Positions 8,841-18,562 of a stretch of 64,000 bases of DNA are shown in pieces. A model generated the notes under the pieces. The model was not told the DNA's origin. It saw only the letters and a list, made by a program, of their open reading frames with translations, and made no database searches. Each line of letters opens with the position of its first letter. The stretch's first letter is position 1. Both the position numbers and the translations under genes were made by a program. Origin of the DNA: Candidatus Poribacteria bacterium (GTDB lineage Bacteria; Poribacteria; WGA-4E; WGA-3G). Location of the stretch: contig CAXXLX010000001.1 in NCBI GenBank assembly GCA_963665235.2, positions 3,584,001 to 3,648,000 of the forward strand. Direction: 5' to 3'.

Positions 8841-11800
8841 CTATTTTGTCACCTGAACTGTTCCGCTTGATGCAACTGCTGCCTTGGAGGGGTCATACAT
8901 AGCCTCTGCAGCAATCGGCGGCACCGTAAATGTGCCTTGCGTTACCACTCTAAGTGGATAGTAGAACTTTTGCTGCTGTTGGTATCGAAGCGAGCCATAC
9001 AGGATAAGTCTATCATCCCGAATGTCTATATAATCGGGTCTGAAGTCTTGCTGTTGCCTTTGTGATGCTTGTCCGCCAGCGGCTCTCGGAGCCGACCTTT
9101 CCCCCCATAGTCCACGTGCGCTAGAGACCAATCTCGGATTCTCGACCTCAAATCCGGCAGGCAACATATCGACGATGACTACGTTCTCCAGGTCGCTTGT
9201 GAGTGCCTTCACACTTATCTCAGCAATTATCAGTTCACCCTGTTGAAAGACGTTTTTGACTCGGGTGCGGTCTGTCGTAAGATAGCGGCGGTTTATCTGC
9301 AACTCACGTCCATATTCCTCAATATAGGAGTCTCTGCTTATCCCGAAAGCCTCCCAATAAAAGTAACAGGTGCCTTTTCCCTGTACCTTAAGTGCTATCT
9401 GTGCACCATCCCAATCCGAGCCGATATGTTGGGCTCCGGTTGAATCGAAGTTAGCGAGATGTTCGCCGTTTTGGCTAATTGTTCCAGTGAATTTCTGATT
9501 CGGTTGTTTTTTCAAAAACTTACCGAGTGCCAGGAAAGCGAAGGCGTTCTCTTGTGTAGTGCCCCACCGTTGTCCTTTGGATGCTGCGTCGGTTAAACTT
9601 TCAACGAGTTTAGGAATTGCGGGGTGGTCGGCCTTAACTTCTATCAGCACATCCAGCATGATGGCTTGTGCGCGAATAGGGGAGTCAAAATTTCGGCCCG
9701 TATCCCGTCGTGCCTCCTTTTCGAGGTCTACGGAGTCAGGCAACATTGAGAGAGCCATCTTGAGATTGCCGCTGAGCGCGAACGCGCCTGCGAGCTGAAA
9801 TTGGCTATAATCATGAAGTTCGCTTAATCGGTTGTTATTGAGATAGTGCATCACAGGTTTTTCAGGTTGCCCGGCTGCTGCCAGTACGTAGCAGGCATAA
9901 GCAGCACGTGATAGGTCATAGCTATCGGCTTTTTCATTTGGTCTGTGAATGCTTCCAGCACGTTTCGCTTGTCGTCTCAACCCTTCCAACATTCTATTGT
10001 AAACAGTTTCAGGGACTTTGTATCCCGCTTTTCGTGCTTCGACAAGAAAGTGAGAAGCGTAGATGCTACTCCAATTATTGATATAGGCTCTTCCTTGCCA
10101 TCTTCCTTGCCAATAAGCGAAGTAGTGTTCTGGTTGTAACATATCCTCCAATTTTGCGATGCCCACGTCAATATATTCGTCAATTTTTCCATCCGCTGCC
10201 AGTGCCGGTTCAACGATACGGGCAAGCTCGCTGAGATGGAGCAGCGTGAAAATCCGGCTCGTTGTTTGCTCCAGGCACCCGTGCGGATATTGTATTAGAT
10301 AGCGAAGTCCACCTGCAAACCTAACGGTGGGAAGCGGTGACACTGTCAGCATAAATTCAGAGGTATCCGCTCGCAGATTTGAGGGGAAGATGAAATCCGC
10401 AGGTTCACCTGCCCTGACAATCCCTTGACCTGTCTTTGTCACAGGCGGTGCCGCTGACCGAAGCGGTAGCTGAACTGGGGCAGATTGTATCTCTTCGCCA
10501 TTGCCAGTAGCGGACAGGTTAAATGTGACAATACCAACAGCATCGTGTGCAATAACGTCAAAATAGAGTTGCCCCTCCTTGTCGGCTGCAATCTCCATCT
10601 CTTTTTGAAGTGAATTTCCTTGAGCGATAACTACATGGTCAATAGAACCGTCTTCCGCAAGGAGCTGGACGGGCCCGCTTGCATCTAATTTAACGGTGAA
10701 ATTACCGCTTTCACTAGTGCCGTTATAAACTGAAATAGGCACGCGAATCCGATCGCCGCCGGAGAGAAAACGTGGGAATGTCGGTGTTAGCACTACCGGT
10801 TCACGCACCTGAATCTGTCCGGTCCCTGAACCGTAATCCGTGCCAGCGAACGCGACCGCCATTATACGTAGTGTGCCATTGAATTGGGGTATCTTAAAAC
10901 GGACACTGCCATCACCATTCGCGTCGGTTGTCATTAAACCTGACCATAGCGACACAGGTTTCACCCGGATTGCACTGCTTCTGTTAATCCGTCGACCCCC
11001 TGCTATACCCGCACCCACATATCCTGTATAGTCACTAATTGCCATACTAGCCCTAGCCTGCATTAATGCAGGCAACCCTTCTTCATAAAGCATCAGAGTC
11101 GTCAAATCGGCGAGCGATTCAATCGGTTTGATAGGAAAGCGATTGCTCTTCATGATTGCGGTGTAAAATTCATTCGCAGAGGTTTCAAGTCTTCTCTGTT
11201 GATAAAAATAAGCGTGTGGTTCAGGCGTTTCTGTGTTTGTCAATTGAAGAATGCCTTCATCAACAGCGGCAATGCTAACTCGGTAAGGTTTCCCTTCGCT
11301 TTCACCACGCACCCGAAACTTTATCTCCACCTCGCGGTGAGAGCGGGTCTGTTTAGGAGCATCTATTTCTACCTGTAGCTTGCGCGGTTCCGCATCGAGT
11401 TTTAAGGGAACAATCCCGAAAGCCCGAGCGGATGCATGTTTGCCCAGGGACGTTGTAGAACGGATTAGTAGGGCAGAGAGATAAACGTTTGGTGCGTAGG
11501 TGTTCTTAACCGGAATTGTCACCGCTGCCGTGCTGTCTTTCACCATGAATGTCTGATAACTTAACACCTTCTCCTGTTCAATTGTTAGCAGCACCTTACC
11601 GGGGAAGGGGGCTTTAATATGCAACTTCGCCGCTTCTCCGGGACGATACGCGGTTTTATCAAGTGTCATCTCAAGCTTCTCTGGACTTTCCCCTGACCAA
11701 GGCACGCCGCCCCATTCGGAAACAAAGAATTGCATTGAAACTTTTGCACCGCTCTCAACATCCTCGATCGCTACACGATGGACACCATACGCGGTCGGGG

Positions 11801-14387
11801 TGAAACTGAAATTTGCTATTTCCGCCGTTGACGTTAAAGTATAGGATTCCAACTCTGTAGCTATAGGTGAAGAGCGTTGCCTGCTTCTTCGCGACTGGGA
11901 AATAGCAGAAATTGTCGCCTTTAAAGTTCGTCCGGGGACAGTATTCCCCTCCGGATCAATTGAAATATAGTCAAAGGTGGCCTTTTCATTCAATTTGACT
12001 GTTCCCGATTGTGGACGTTTGAGCCCGACATAATGGGAGTACGGATGAACAGAGGCCCATTTTGAATTAGTGACCGAGCGTCCGCCGGGTTCTTGGACAG
12101 TCGCGCCAATATTAACATTGAGTGAAGAGGGCGGTTTCAGGCCTTCAGGAAGTGTAATCTGATATGTAGCTTTTCCATCTACATTCGTTATAGCTTCGTC
12201 AAGGCTCACGCCATCGTGTTCAAAAGTGCGCGTTGGATCGGAGAAGGTGAACGAACGCCACTTCTCAGGCGGGGTATAAGGCACTGCTTGAAGAGCGTAA
12301 TAGGCACTAACTTTTCTACCTACTGCTGGGGTACCGAAGAGATTCATCGCCTTAACCTCCAAATTAATCTCGTCGCCCAGCATATAAACGTCCTTATCTA
12401 CCGCTACTGAAACCTTCATCCGCTCGGGTATAAAATCCTCAATTTGAAACGAACCACCCCCAATCTGTTTTTTATCCACCCACATTCTAGCACTGTACGA
12501 ACCTGTTGGTGTAGCGGCGGAGAACGGTATCTGAATTTCACAAGCACCTTCAGGCCCCGTTTGCGTCTGAAACTCTTTGAACACTGAGTCGTAAGGGGTT
12601 AGAATCTCAACACGTATTGGTAGCGAGGCGGGAGCTTTACTGTACTTGTCGCGTACAATTCCTACAAGATTGACCGTTTCACCGGGACGATACACCTTGC
12701 GTTCCGTATAAAGAAATGCCTCATATCCCTCTGTCAAAAAAGGCGCGCCACTAACATTAAACGCACTTGTTGAGAGATGGTACGAGCTCAATTGGAGAAA
12801 GGAGAAATCATCGCCTTTGGAAACAGTAAGAAGCAGTGAGGCATTCGTAAGGAGCGGTGAGGCCTCCTGAGCTATTTTATCAGCACCCGACGAAAATTTA
12901 AGAAAACCCGCAGCATCCGTTTTGCCTGTGAGTAGTGTTTCTTTCTTATCTCTATTAATCAGTTGAACTGTTGCCTCGGAAATCGGGTCTAAAGAATCCA
13001 GTGAATTGACCCAAACCGATAGGACATCGTCAGTTCTTTTCGTGACAATACCTATATCCGTAACAAGAAGCAATTGCTCTATCTGCACATTATGATGATT
13101 CGCGTTAACCATCACTTTGAAAATACCGCCTTGGGCATCACGGAGTGATTTCTTAAGCGGGAATGGCACAATTATCTCTTCATTCAGTCGTGATGCAATC
13201 TCAAGCTCTTCGTTATGGATGAGTATAGGGAGGTCAAAAAAGGAGAGCTTTGCAATACTGAACAGGACGCGGTCTACGTTAGTTGTTGCTAATTTGAGGT
13301 CGGTAGTGCCTTTACGGGGTAGGAAAAGATTTTGATTGGTAAAACGAATCCGTGGCTGTAAATCTGGAATTTCAAACCTTTTAACATAGCTATCTTTCAA
13401 AATCGAACCGGTTTCCGAAACTAAACCGCGTTTAATGTGAACGGTATATGCTGTTCTACACTTGAAATTACCCCGAATTTCTATCGCGCGATGCGTTTCT
13501 AATAATTGGGACGAAACGGATGGGACAATACTTACGTGTTGACGAAAATTTTCAAGTGGAACGTCTGAATTAAACGAGATTGTGATGGTTGGTATGCCAT
13601 CTCTGTCATAAATATTTTCGCGCTCAATGCGGAGTTCGTTAATCTCACCTAACACTATTGGTAAGATGTTCGTCTCTTTAAGCCCAATTTCGGTCCCTGC
13701 ACATTTAAATCCTTTTTTGACCTGCACCCAAAGATATCGCCCTTCAATAACTCGTGAAATATCACTGATTTCTATGAGGGCGGTTTTTGTAATTGCATTC
13801 TGGGGTTGAAAGGTGTAAGGTATTTCAGTCTCGTTCTCCGTTACAATTGAAAGGAATTCCGATAGACCCTCAATATTGACAGCATAGTTAAAGGTTACCG
13901 TCCCAATAGCCTTCGCCTTTTTCAATTCCTTATCGTATTGGAAACCGAGTTCAGCATGTTCTACCTGAAAGGGGGGGGTTGAATGGGTGAACGTTCGCTC
14001 CCCTGTGAGAACAAAATCCGAGGATGGATTCAGTACTGTTGAGAGTTCAAATGTGTAATCAATAGAGGGTGCCAAAGCCTCTTCTAAGAAGAAACCGATT
14101 TGATTAAATCCTACCCACCGTGCTTTTCCTTCAACCGCAGGTGTGACCTTAATGGCATCGCTCGGCAATTCAGTGAAAAGCAATTCGTTGTTAATTACGG
14201 ATTTAGAGAACGTTATCAAAAAATCTGCCGTGCTATGATTATTCTCAATCTCCGCACCGTGTGCGAACGATTGGACACTGAATTCTGTCTGCTTCTCCTC
14301 ATCTGCATCCACAAACCGGACCGGGAAACACACGATGATGGGAAAAATAAAGGTTATAAAACCGATTAAAAACTTTTTGGATACCAT
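8841..14387 (-). CDS. Bacterial alpha-2-macroglobulin family protein
   Basis: YRPGETV MG2 motif, AAVDEGIL, thioester YPHGCLEQ, WGTTQENA, DMLPAGFEVEN, AEAMYDP. Confidence 0.95.
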   Translation of the reverse strand: MVSKKFLIGFITFIFPIIVCFPVRFVDADEEKQTEFSVQSFAHGAEIENNHSTADFLITFSKSVINNELLFTELPSDAIKVTPAVEGKARWVGFNQIGFFLEEALAPSIDYTFELSTVLNPSSDFVLTGERTFTHSTPPFQVEHAELGFQYDKELKKAKAIGTVTFNYAVNIEGLSEFLSIVTENETEIPYTFQPQNAITKTALIEISDISRVIEGRYLWVQVKKGFKCAGTEIGLKETNILPIVLGEINELRIERENIYDRDGIPTITISFNSDVPLENFRQHVSIVPSVSSQLLETHRAIEIRGNFKCRTAYTVHIKRGLVSETGSILKDSYVKRFEIPDLQPRIRFTNQNLFLPRKGTTDLKLATTNVDRVLFSIAKLSFFDLPILIHNEELEIASRLNEEIIVPFPLKKSLRDAQGGIFKVMVNANHHNVQIEQLLLVTDIGIVTKRTDDVLSVWVNSLDSLDPISEATVQLINRDKKETLLTGKTDAAGFLKFSSGADKIAQEASPLLTNASLLLTVSKGDDFSFLQLSSYHLSTSAFNVSGAPFLTEGYEAFLYTERKVYRPGETVNLVGIVRDKYSKAPASLPIRVEILTPYDSVFKEFQTQTGPEGACEIQIPFSAATPTGSYSARMWVDKKQIGGGSFQIEDFIPERMKVSVAVDKDVYMLGDEINLEVKAMNLFGTPAVGRKVSAYYALQAVPYTPPEKWRSFTFSDPTRTFEHDGVSLDEAITNVDGKATYQITLPEGLKPPSSLNVNIGATVQEPGGRSVTNSKWASVHPYSHYVGLKRPQSGTVKLNEKATFDYISIDPEGNTVPGRTLKATISAISQSRRSRQRSSPIATELESYTLTSTAEIANFSFTPTAYGVHRVAIEDVESGAKVSMQFFVSEWGGVPWSGESPEKLEMTLDKTAYRPGEAAKLHIKAPFPGKVLLTIEQEKVLSYQTFMVKDSTAAVTIPVKNTYAPNVYLSALLIRSTTSLGKHASARAFGIVPLKLDAEPRKLQVEIDAPKQTRSHREVEIKFRVRGESEGKPYRVSIAAVDEGILQLTNTETPEPHAYFYQQRRLETSANEFYTAIMKSNRFPIKPIESLADLTTLMLYEEGLPALMQARASMAISDYTGYVGAGIAGGRRINRSSAIRVKPVSLWSGLMTTDANGDGSVRFKIPQFNGTLRIMAVAFAGTDYGSGTGQIQVREPVVLTPTFPRFLSGGDRIRVPISVYNGTSESGNFTVKLDASGPVQLLAEDGSIDHVVIAQGNSLQKEMEIAADKEGQLYFDVIAHDAVGIVTFNLSATGNGEEIQSAPVQLPLRSAAPPVTKTGQGIVRAGEPADFIFPSNLRADTSEFMLTVSPLPTVRFAGGLRYLIQYPHGCLEQTTSRIFTLLHLSELARIVEPALAADGKIDEYIDVGIAKLEDMLQPEHYFAYWQGRWQGRAYINNWSSIYASHFLVEARKAGYKVPETVYNRMLEGLRRQAKRAGSIHRPNEKADSYDLSRAAYACYVLAAAGQPEKPVMHYLNNNRLSELHDYSQFQLAGAFALSGNLKMALSMLPDSVDLEKEARRDTGRNFDSPIRAQAIMLDVLIEVKADHPAIPKLVESLTDAASKGQRWGTTQENAFAFLALGKFLKKQPNQKFTGTISQNGEHLANFDSTGAQHIGSDWDGAQIALKVQGKGTCYFYWEAFGISRDSYIEEYGRELQINRRYLTTDRTRVKNVFQQGELIIAEISVKALTSDLENVVIVDMLPAGFEVENPRLVSSARGLWGERSAPRAAGGQASQRQQQDFRPDYIDIRDDRLILYGSLRYQQQQKFYYPLRVVTQGTFTVPPIAAEAMYDPSKAAVASSGTVQVTK

Positions 14388-14449
14388 GGAATACCTCCTA
14401 AAGAGTTGGGTGTGCTAAAAGCTATCTGTTGTCCTGTCGCAAGATTTTG

Positions 14450-14465
14450 TGCAAGTTTTATGCCA
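14450..14465 (-). promoter_or_regulatory. Sigma54 promoter of alpha-2-macroglobulin gene
   Basis: Reverse strand TGGCATAAAACTTGCA (GG-N10-GC) about 60 bp before the start codon. Confidence 0.75.
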
Positions 14466-14469
14466 ATAT

Positions 14470-14564
14470 TGATAAGTGCTTATGATAGTAGGATATAGAG
14501 GGAACTCTAGCGGGCGAGGGGACCTCGCCCCTACGAGGTTTAGTGCTAAATTTGCGTCTGTTCT
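14470..14564. repeat. Degenerate partial copy of the 47900-48011 MITE with REP-like hairpin
   Basis: tgataa..tgatagt..tagag..tagcgggc.ggg.ac..cgcccctac.aggttt...taaatttgcgt shared with 47918-48011. Confidence 0.6.
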
Positions 14565-14625
14565 GTTTAACATTATACCACAGCCTTATTTATTATTTGG
14601 GGAATTTTTAAAAAATTCGCTGATG

Positions 14626-14673
14626 CTGCACGAAATGGGGCAGTTATTTTCAATTATGTCCCGTTTCGTGCAG
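14626..14673. promoter_or_regulatory. Inverted repeat between divergent sigma54 promoters (putative enhancer)
   Basis: CTGCACGAAATGGG ... CCCGTTTCGTGCAG (13/14 complementary), resembles NtrC-type TGCAC-N-GTGCA sites. Confidence 0.55.
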
Positions 14674-14736
14674 TTAACACGTACGCTAACCCTTCTGAAA
14701 CCCCCAATATCTCTTATGTCATTGATATGATTAAGG

Positions 14737-14752
14737 TGGCACGGAAATTGCA
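14737..14752 (+). promoter_or_regulatory. Sigma54 promoter (predicted TSS about 14763)
   Basis: TGGCACGGAAATTGCA, consensus -24/-12. Confidence 0.85.
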
Positions 14753-14791
14753 TGTATTATGCTGAATAAGGCTAACAAGTAGGAGTTTATC

Positions 14792-15045
14792 GTAAAGATC
14801 ACCCAGCTAAAGCTTGGGTGCTTTGACACAGCGTAGCCACACACGTTCCCTGTCAAGGATTAAGTTCTTCACTACAGTAATATATCGGGTATTCTGAGCG
14901 TGGCAGCTCATAAGATGTCTCGGATGCTCCCCAAGTCCGACCCCTCTCTGAATACCTGATCTGGATGGGGAAATATACAACCTCTCGGAAGTAAAACAAA
15001 TGACTTACGGTCATCCGTTTTACTTCCGTAGGGAGATTACAAACT
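14792..15045 (+). ncRNA. omegaRNA scaffold (IsrB-associated); guide from the 5' flank about 14763-14791
   Basis: About 250-nt structured non-coding region directly upstream of isrB; includes CGGATGCTCCCCAAGTCCGACCCCTCT and hairpin CGGAAGTAAAAC...GTTTTACTTCCG. Confidence 0.75.
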
Positions 15046-16098
15046 ATGTTTGTTCCGGTTCAAAGCAAGTCTGGCAAACCCTTAATGCCGACACATTCTA
15101 ACAAAGCGGGTGTGCTAATCAAAAAAGGATTGGCAACACCCTATTGGCGTAATGGTATCTTTTGTATTCGGTTAAACTACGAGACGAAAGAACACACACA
15201 GAAAATCTGTGTGGGCGTGGATCCTGGTTCCAAGAAAGAAGGCTTCACGGTGAAGTCTGAGGCTCACACATATCTGAATGTGCAAGCCGATGCACATAAC
15301 AAGGTTGGAAAAAAAGTTAAAAAAAGAGGTATATTGAGACGGGGTCGTAGAACCCGGAAATGTCCAAACCGGAAACATCGAACAAATCGAGTAGCGAAGA
15401 AAGAACGTCTCCCGGCAGGCACCCGTGCCCGTTGGGATTGGAAACTTCGGATATTAGATTGGTTGTCTAAACTCTATCCTGTTACACACGTCTGTGTTGA
15501 GGATATCAAAGCGCGGACTATTGAAAATGCTAAGAAATGGAACACGGCTTTTAGTCCGCTTGAGGTGGGCAAGACATGGTTTTATGGTGAAATAGAAAAG
15601 CGGTGGGAACTGCTAACCCTTCAAGGGTGGCAGACAAAACAGCTGCGTGACAAGCTCGGTTTGAAAAAGTCATCTCAAAAGTTGGCAGAGACTTTTGAGG
15701 CACATTGTGTTGACGCGTGGTGCTTAGCCTACCATACCGTGGGGGGGGATGCGGAAACCGTGGACAATACAGACATATTCTGCATTTCACCGATACCCAT
15801 ACGCAGGCGGGAACTGCATCGGCAGAACCCACAAACTGGGGGAAACAGACCTCGCTATGGCGGAACTGTGCTAACGGATACACTTATCAAAAACACACTG
15901 ATCAAACATGGTAAGCATGGTATCACACGTCCGAGGTCCCACCGAGGACATCCTATTACGGGTATTAATGCGAAAGGGTTGTTTTCTATCTATAGCTTAG
16001 AAGGGGAACGCCTCACAACGGGGGCGAAACGCACAGATTTTCAAGTGCTAACACGCTTGAACTTCAACTATAAAGGCGGATTTTCCTCCCCCGCATAA
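15046..16098 (+). CDS. isrB: IsrB, RNA-guided RuvC nickase (RRXRR/PLMP, no HNH)
   Basis: KPLMP, RuvC-I VGVDPG (D59), Arg-rich bridge helix RRGRRTR, RuvC-II VEDI (E152), RuvC-III HCVDA (H220/D223), 350 aa, no HNH motif. Confidence 0.85.
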   Translation: MFVPVQSKSGKPLMPTHSNKAGVLIKKGLATPYWRNGIFCIRLNYETKEHTQKICVGVDPGSKKEGFTVKSEAHTYLNVQADAHNKVGKKVKKRGILRRGRRTRKCPNRKHRTNRVAKKERLPAGTRARWDWKLRILDWLSKLYPVTHVCVEDIKARTIENAKKWNTAFSPLEVGKTWFYGEIEKRWELLTLQGWQTKQLRDKLGLKKSSQKLAETFEAHCVDAWCLAYHTVGGDAETVDNTDIFCISPIPIRRRELHRQNPQTGGNRPRYGGTVLTDTLIKNTLIKHGKHGITRPRSHRGHPITGINAKGLFSIYSLEGERLTTGAKRTDFQVLTRLNFNYKGGFSSPA

Positions 16099-16128
16099 AT
16101 GCTGGGGGTTTCCAATCCGAAGAACTTG

Positions 16129-17634
16129 ATGATACTTCGAATTCTTCAATTGACCTTTTTAATGGCGGTGTTCTGTGGATGTACCCCGTTTTTGTCACAA
16201 AACGTTGAGAAACCTGGACATGTTGAGAACGATGCAATGACCCCTGACCTAAAAACGATTATCGCCGGGATGCAGCACTATGATGGTTTAATTGCCTCTG
16301 CAACTGGTGAGTTTATCATTGAACGTTACAAACGGGGTGGGGCAGAAACCGAGAAAATTCGATACGCGTTGACGTTCGACGGTGAAAAGGTTCAAATCCA
16401 AAAGAGACGCGGATGGAGCCCTTCGCTTGCAGGAAAAATCCGTGCCATCCGGAAAAAGGTTGTTCCGCTCGTAGGACGTGCTTTTCCCATCGCGGACATT
16501 TACGATGACCAACGGCATTGGAAGATATATAACCGAAAAGAGCCGCTCTTTAGCATTGAGATTCCATCTGACAACGGGAATCTTGGGATAGAGACGATTC
16601 GACAGGCGTTCACACAAAAAGGCGTTGAAATCGGAGACAATATCCGCATCGCCATCGATAAACATATAGATAGTTTCACGCTTACTGATAACGAAACAGA
16701 TAAAACCTACCTTGTTTATCGAGCGGGGGAAACAGGTTGGCAGGTTTATAACCAGCATCTTGAATACACAGAAGCGTACGATGACTCCCAACTCCAATAC
16801 GCCGCTCGACATCAGCAACACACGCTTTATCAACTAGACCCACGATATTGGCTCACTTATCCGACTATTCCTATAAACAGCTATCTAATTGAGCCGATGT
16901 GGCAGCTGCTGAAAAAATATGAGAGTCAACTTTTAGGAACTGAAGTTTTGAATGGCGAACCGACAGCCGTCGTTCAACTCAATTTACCCACTGTTCGTAG
17001 AACGGAAGCCCCACAACATTCACCTTATCAGCCCCTTAAAATCTGGATTGCTTATGAGAAGGGATTCCGGATAGTCAAGTGGGAGCGGACATTTACCGCT
17101 AAAACGTCGGGACCGGGGCCAGGGTTCAAAAAAGGTGTAACCTACACCGAAACGTTGGAATTTGATTATCATGAATATCTGCCGGGCATCTGGTTCCCGC
17201 AGAAGATTGAACGTTCCTTCTCACCAATTAAAGGTGTATTCGTTCCAAAAACCGTCCTTCTCACAAAGCAGTGTCGGTTAAACAGTGATGTCACCGAGTT
17301 ATTCCATTCAGCTCCATCTCCTAGAACGCCGGCGTACGGTAGTTTAAGGACAAACGTTGAAAAACTCGCCGCTTTACATCGGGTATTCCCGCGAGTTCTT
17401 GAACGTCGTGTTGCCGCATTGGAATTGAGTAGGGAAATTGGCGAGGTCCATCGGAAAGACCCGGAACTTACGCTGCTAAGAAAACAAACCCATGAGTTAG
17501 CACGTGACCTGAGGCATGCTATCACGCGGTTCACTACTGCTTATGCTGGGCTTACTCATAATCGTTCGGTTTTTCGCCCAGGGGGGGATTTTCATAAACT
17601 TATGGAGCGAAACCATATCTCCTTCGGCAGATAA
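16129..17634 (+). CDS. Hypothetical lipoprotein
   Basis: MILRILQLTFLMAVFCGC lipobox; KIWIAYEKGFRIVKWE and EYLPGIWFP segments reminiscent of LolA-like sorting folds. Confidence 0.7.
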   Translation: MILRILQLTFLMAVFCGCTPFLSQNVEKPGHVENDAMTPDLKTIIAGMQHYDGLIASATGEFIIERYKRGGAETEKIRYALTFDGEKVQIQKRRGWSPSLAGKIRAIRKKVVPLVGRAFPIADIYDDQRHWKIYNRKEPLFSIEIPSDNGNLGIETIRQAFTQKGVEIGDNIRIAIDKHIDSFTLTDNETDKTYLVYRAGETGWQVYNQHLEYTEAYDDSQLQYAARHQQHTLYQLDPRYWLTYPTIPINSYLIEPMWQLLKKYESQLLGTEVLNGEPTAVVQLNLPTVRRTEAPQHSPYQPLKIWIAYEKGFRIVKWERTFTAKTSGPGPGFKKGVTYTETLEFDYHEYLPGIWFPQKIERSFSPIKGVFVPKTVLLTKQCRLNSDVTELFHSAPSPRTPAYGSLRTNVEKLAALHRVFPRVLERRVAALELSREIGEVHRKDPELTLLRKQTHELARDLRHAITRFTTAYAGLTHNRSVFRPGGDFHKLMERNHISFGR

Positions 17635-17695
17635 ACATAGAAATAGGCGTTAGTCTCTAAAGCGTTAACCAGCATAAATTTAGGGGGGCAACAAC

Positions 17696-18562
17696 ATGAA
17701 AATACCGACAATTTCCATCGCGTCACATCGCGTCACGCGTCTCATTATCGGGGGTAATCCGTATAGCGGCATCTCACACCGCTCCGCCGCGGCGTCGAAA
17801 GCCATGGAGGATTACTATACGACGCACCAAATTATAGCGGACCTCCGGGAAGCGGAACAGAACGGCATTAACACCGTGCTCGCGCGCGCGGATAGGCATA
17901 TCATGCGTACCCTCAACGAATACTGGAACGCAGGCGGCACGCTTCAGTGGATAGCGCAAACCCCCAAGGATACCGAATACGCCAACCTTGACGAATACCT
18001 ACAAATTATTGCACGTTACGCACCTATCGCAATTTATCATCACGGCGGTACTACCGATAAGTTGTATGCCGCCGGACAACTCCATTCGTTGCAAGACAGC
18101 CTCAAACGCATTCGGGACCTCGGCTGTGCTGTCGGACTCGGTACACATGACCCGCACATTCTCAAGTACTGCTACGCGGAAGGATATGACGTTGACTTTT
18201 ATGTGTGTGCATTGTATAATCATACACAGCATAGAGAACTTTATCTGCCGGACGACCGTGATACGGCATTTGCCGCCATCGAAGCGGTACCGCTGCCGAT
18301 AATTGCCATAAAGGTGTTAGCAGCTGGCAGAAATGAACCACGTGAAGCCTTCCAACTCGCGCTTGAAAATATTAAACCGAGTGACGCAATGGCGGTTGGC
18401 ATGTACACACAATTCCATCCCGCTCAGATTCGCCAAAATGCCTCAACCGTCACTAGACTTATCAGGAAATTAGACGATGAACCGAATTGTAGAACCGGAG
18501 GTCATGGATACACAGGAGGCCGCCGAAGCTTACGATGCAATACAACATGGGGAGGTCGATGA
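17696..18562 (+). CDS. Aldo/keto reductase-like TIM-barrel protein
   Basis: VTRLIIGGNP, IKVLAAGR motifs; 3' end overlaps next gene by 86 bp. Confidence 0.65.
   Translation: MKIPTISIASHRVTRLIIGGNPYSGISHRSAAASKAMEDYYTTHQIIADLREAEQNGINTVLARADRHIMRTLNEYWNAGGTLQWIAQTPKDTEYANLDEYLQIIARYAPIAIYHHGGTTDKLYAAGQLHSLQDSLKRIRDLGCAVGLGTHDPHILKYCYAEGYDVDFYVCALYNHTQHRELYLPDDRDTAFAAIEAVPLPIIAIKVLAAGRNEPREAFQLALENIKPSDAMAVGMYTQFHPAQIRQNASTVTRLIRKLDDEPNCRTGGHGYTGGRRSLRCNTTWGGR

Larger units (their letters stand above)
14792..16128 (+). mobile_element. Non-autonomous IS200/IS605-superfamily element carrying isrB and omegaRNA
   Basis: Terminal hairpins GTAAAGATCACCCAGCTAAAGCTTGGGTGCTTTGAC and CCCCCGCATAAATGCTGGGGG; removal rejoins AGGAGTTTATC to ATGATA; no tnpA. 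Confidence 0.8.

Noticed and set aside
15046-16098. Calling the RRXRR protein IscB, Cas9 or TnpB
   Set aside because: No HNH motif between RuvC-II and RuvC-III, only 350 aa, has PLMP and an upstream RNA, lacks the TnpB zinc finger
18477-18562. 86-bp overlap between oxidoreductase and methyltransferase as a special feature
   Set aside because: Most simply a lost stop codon or single-base error; no further support
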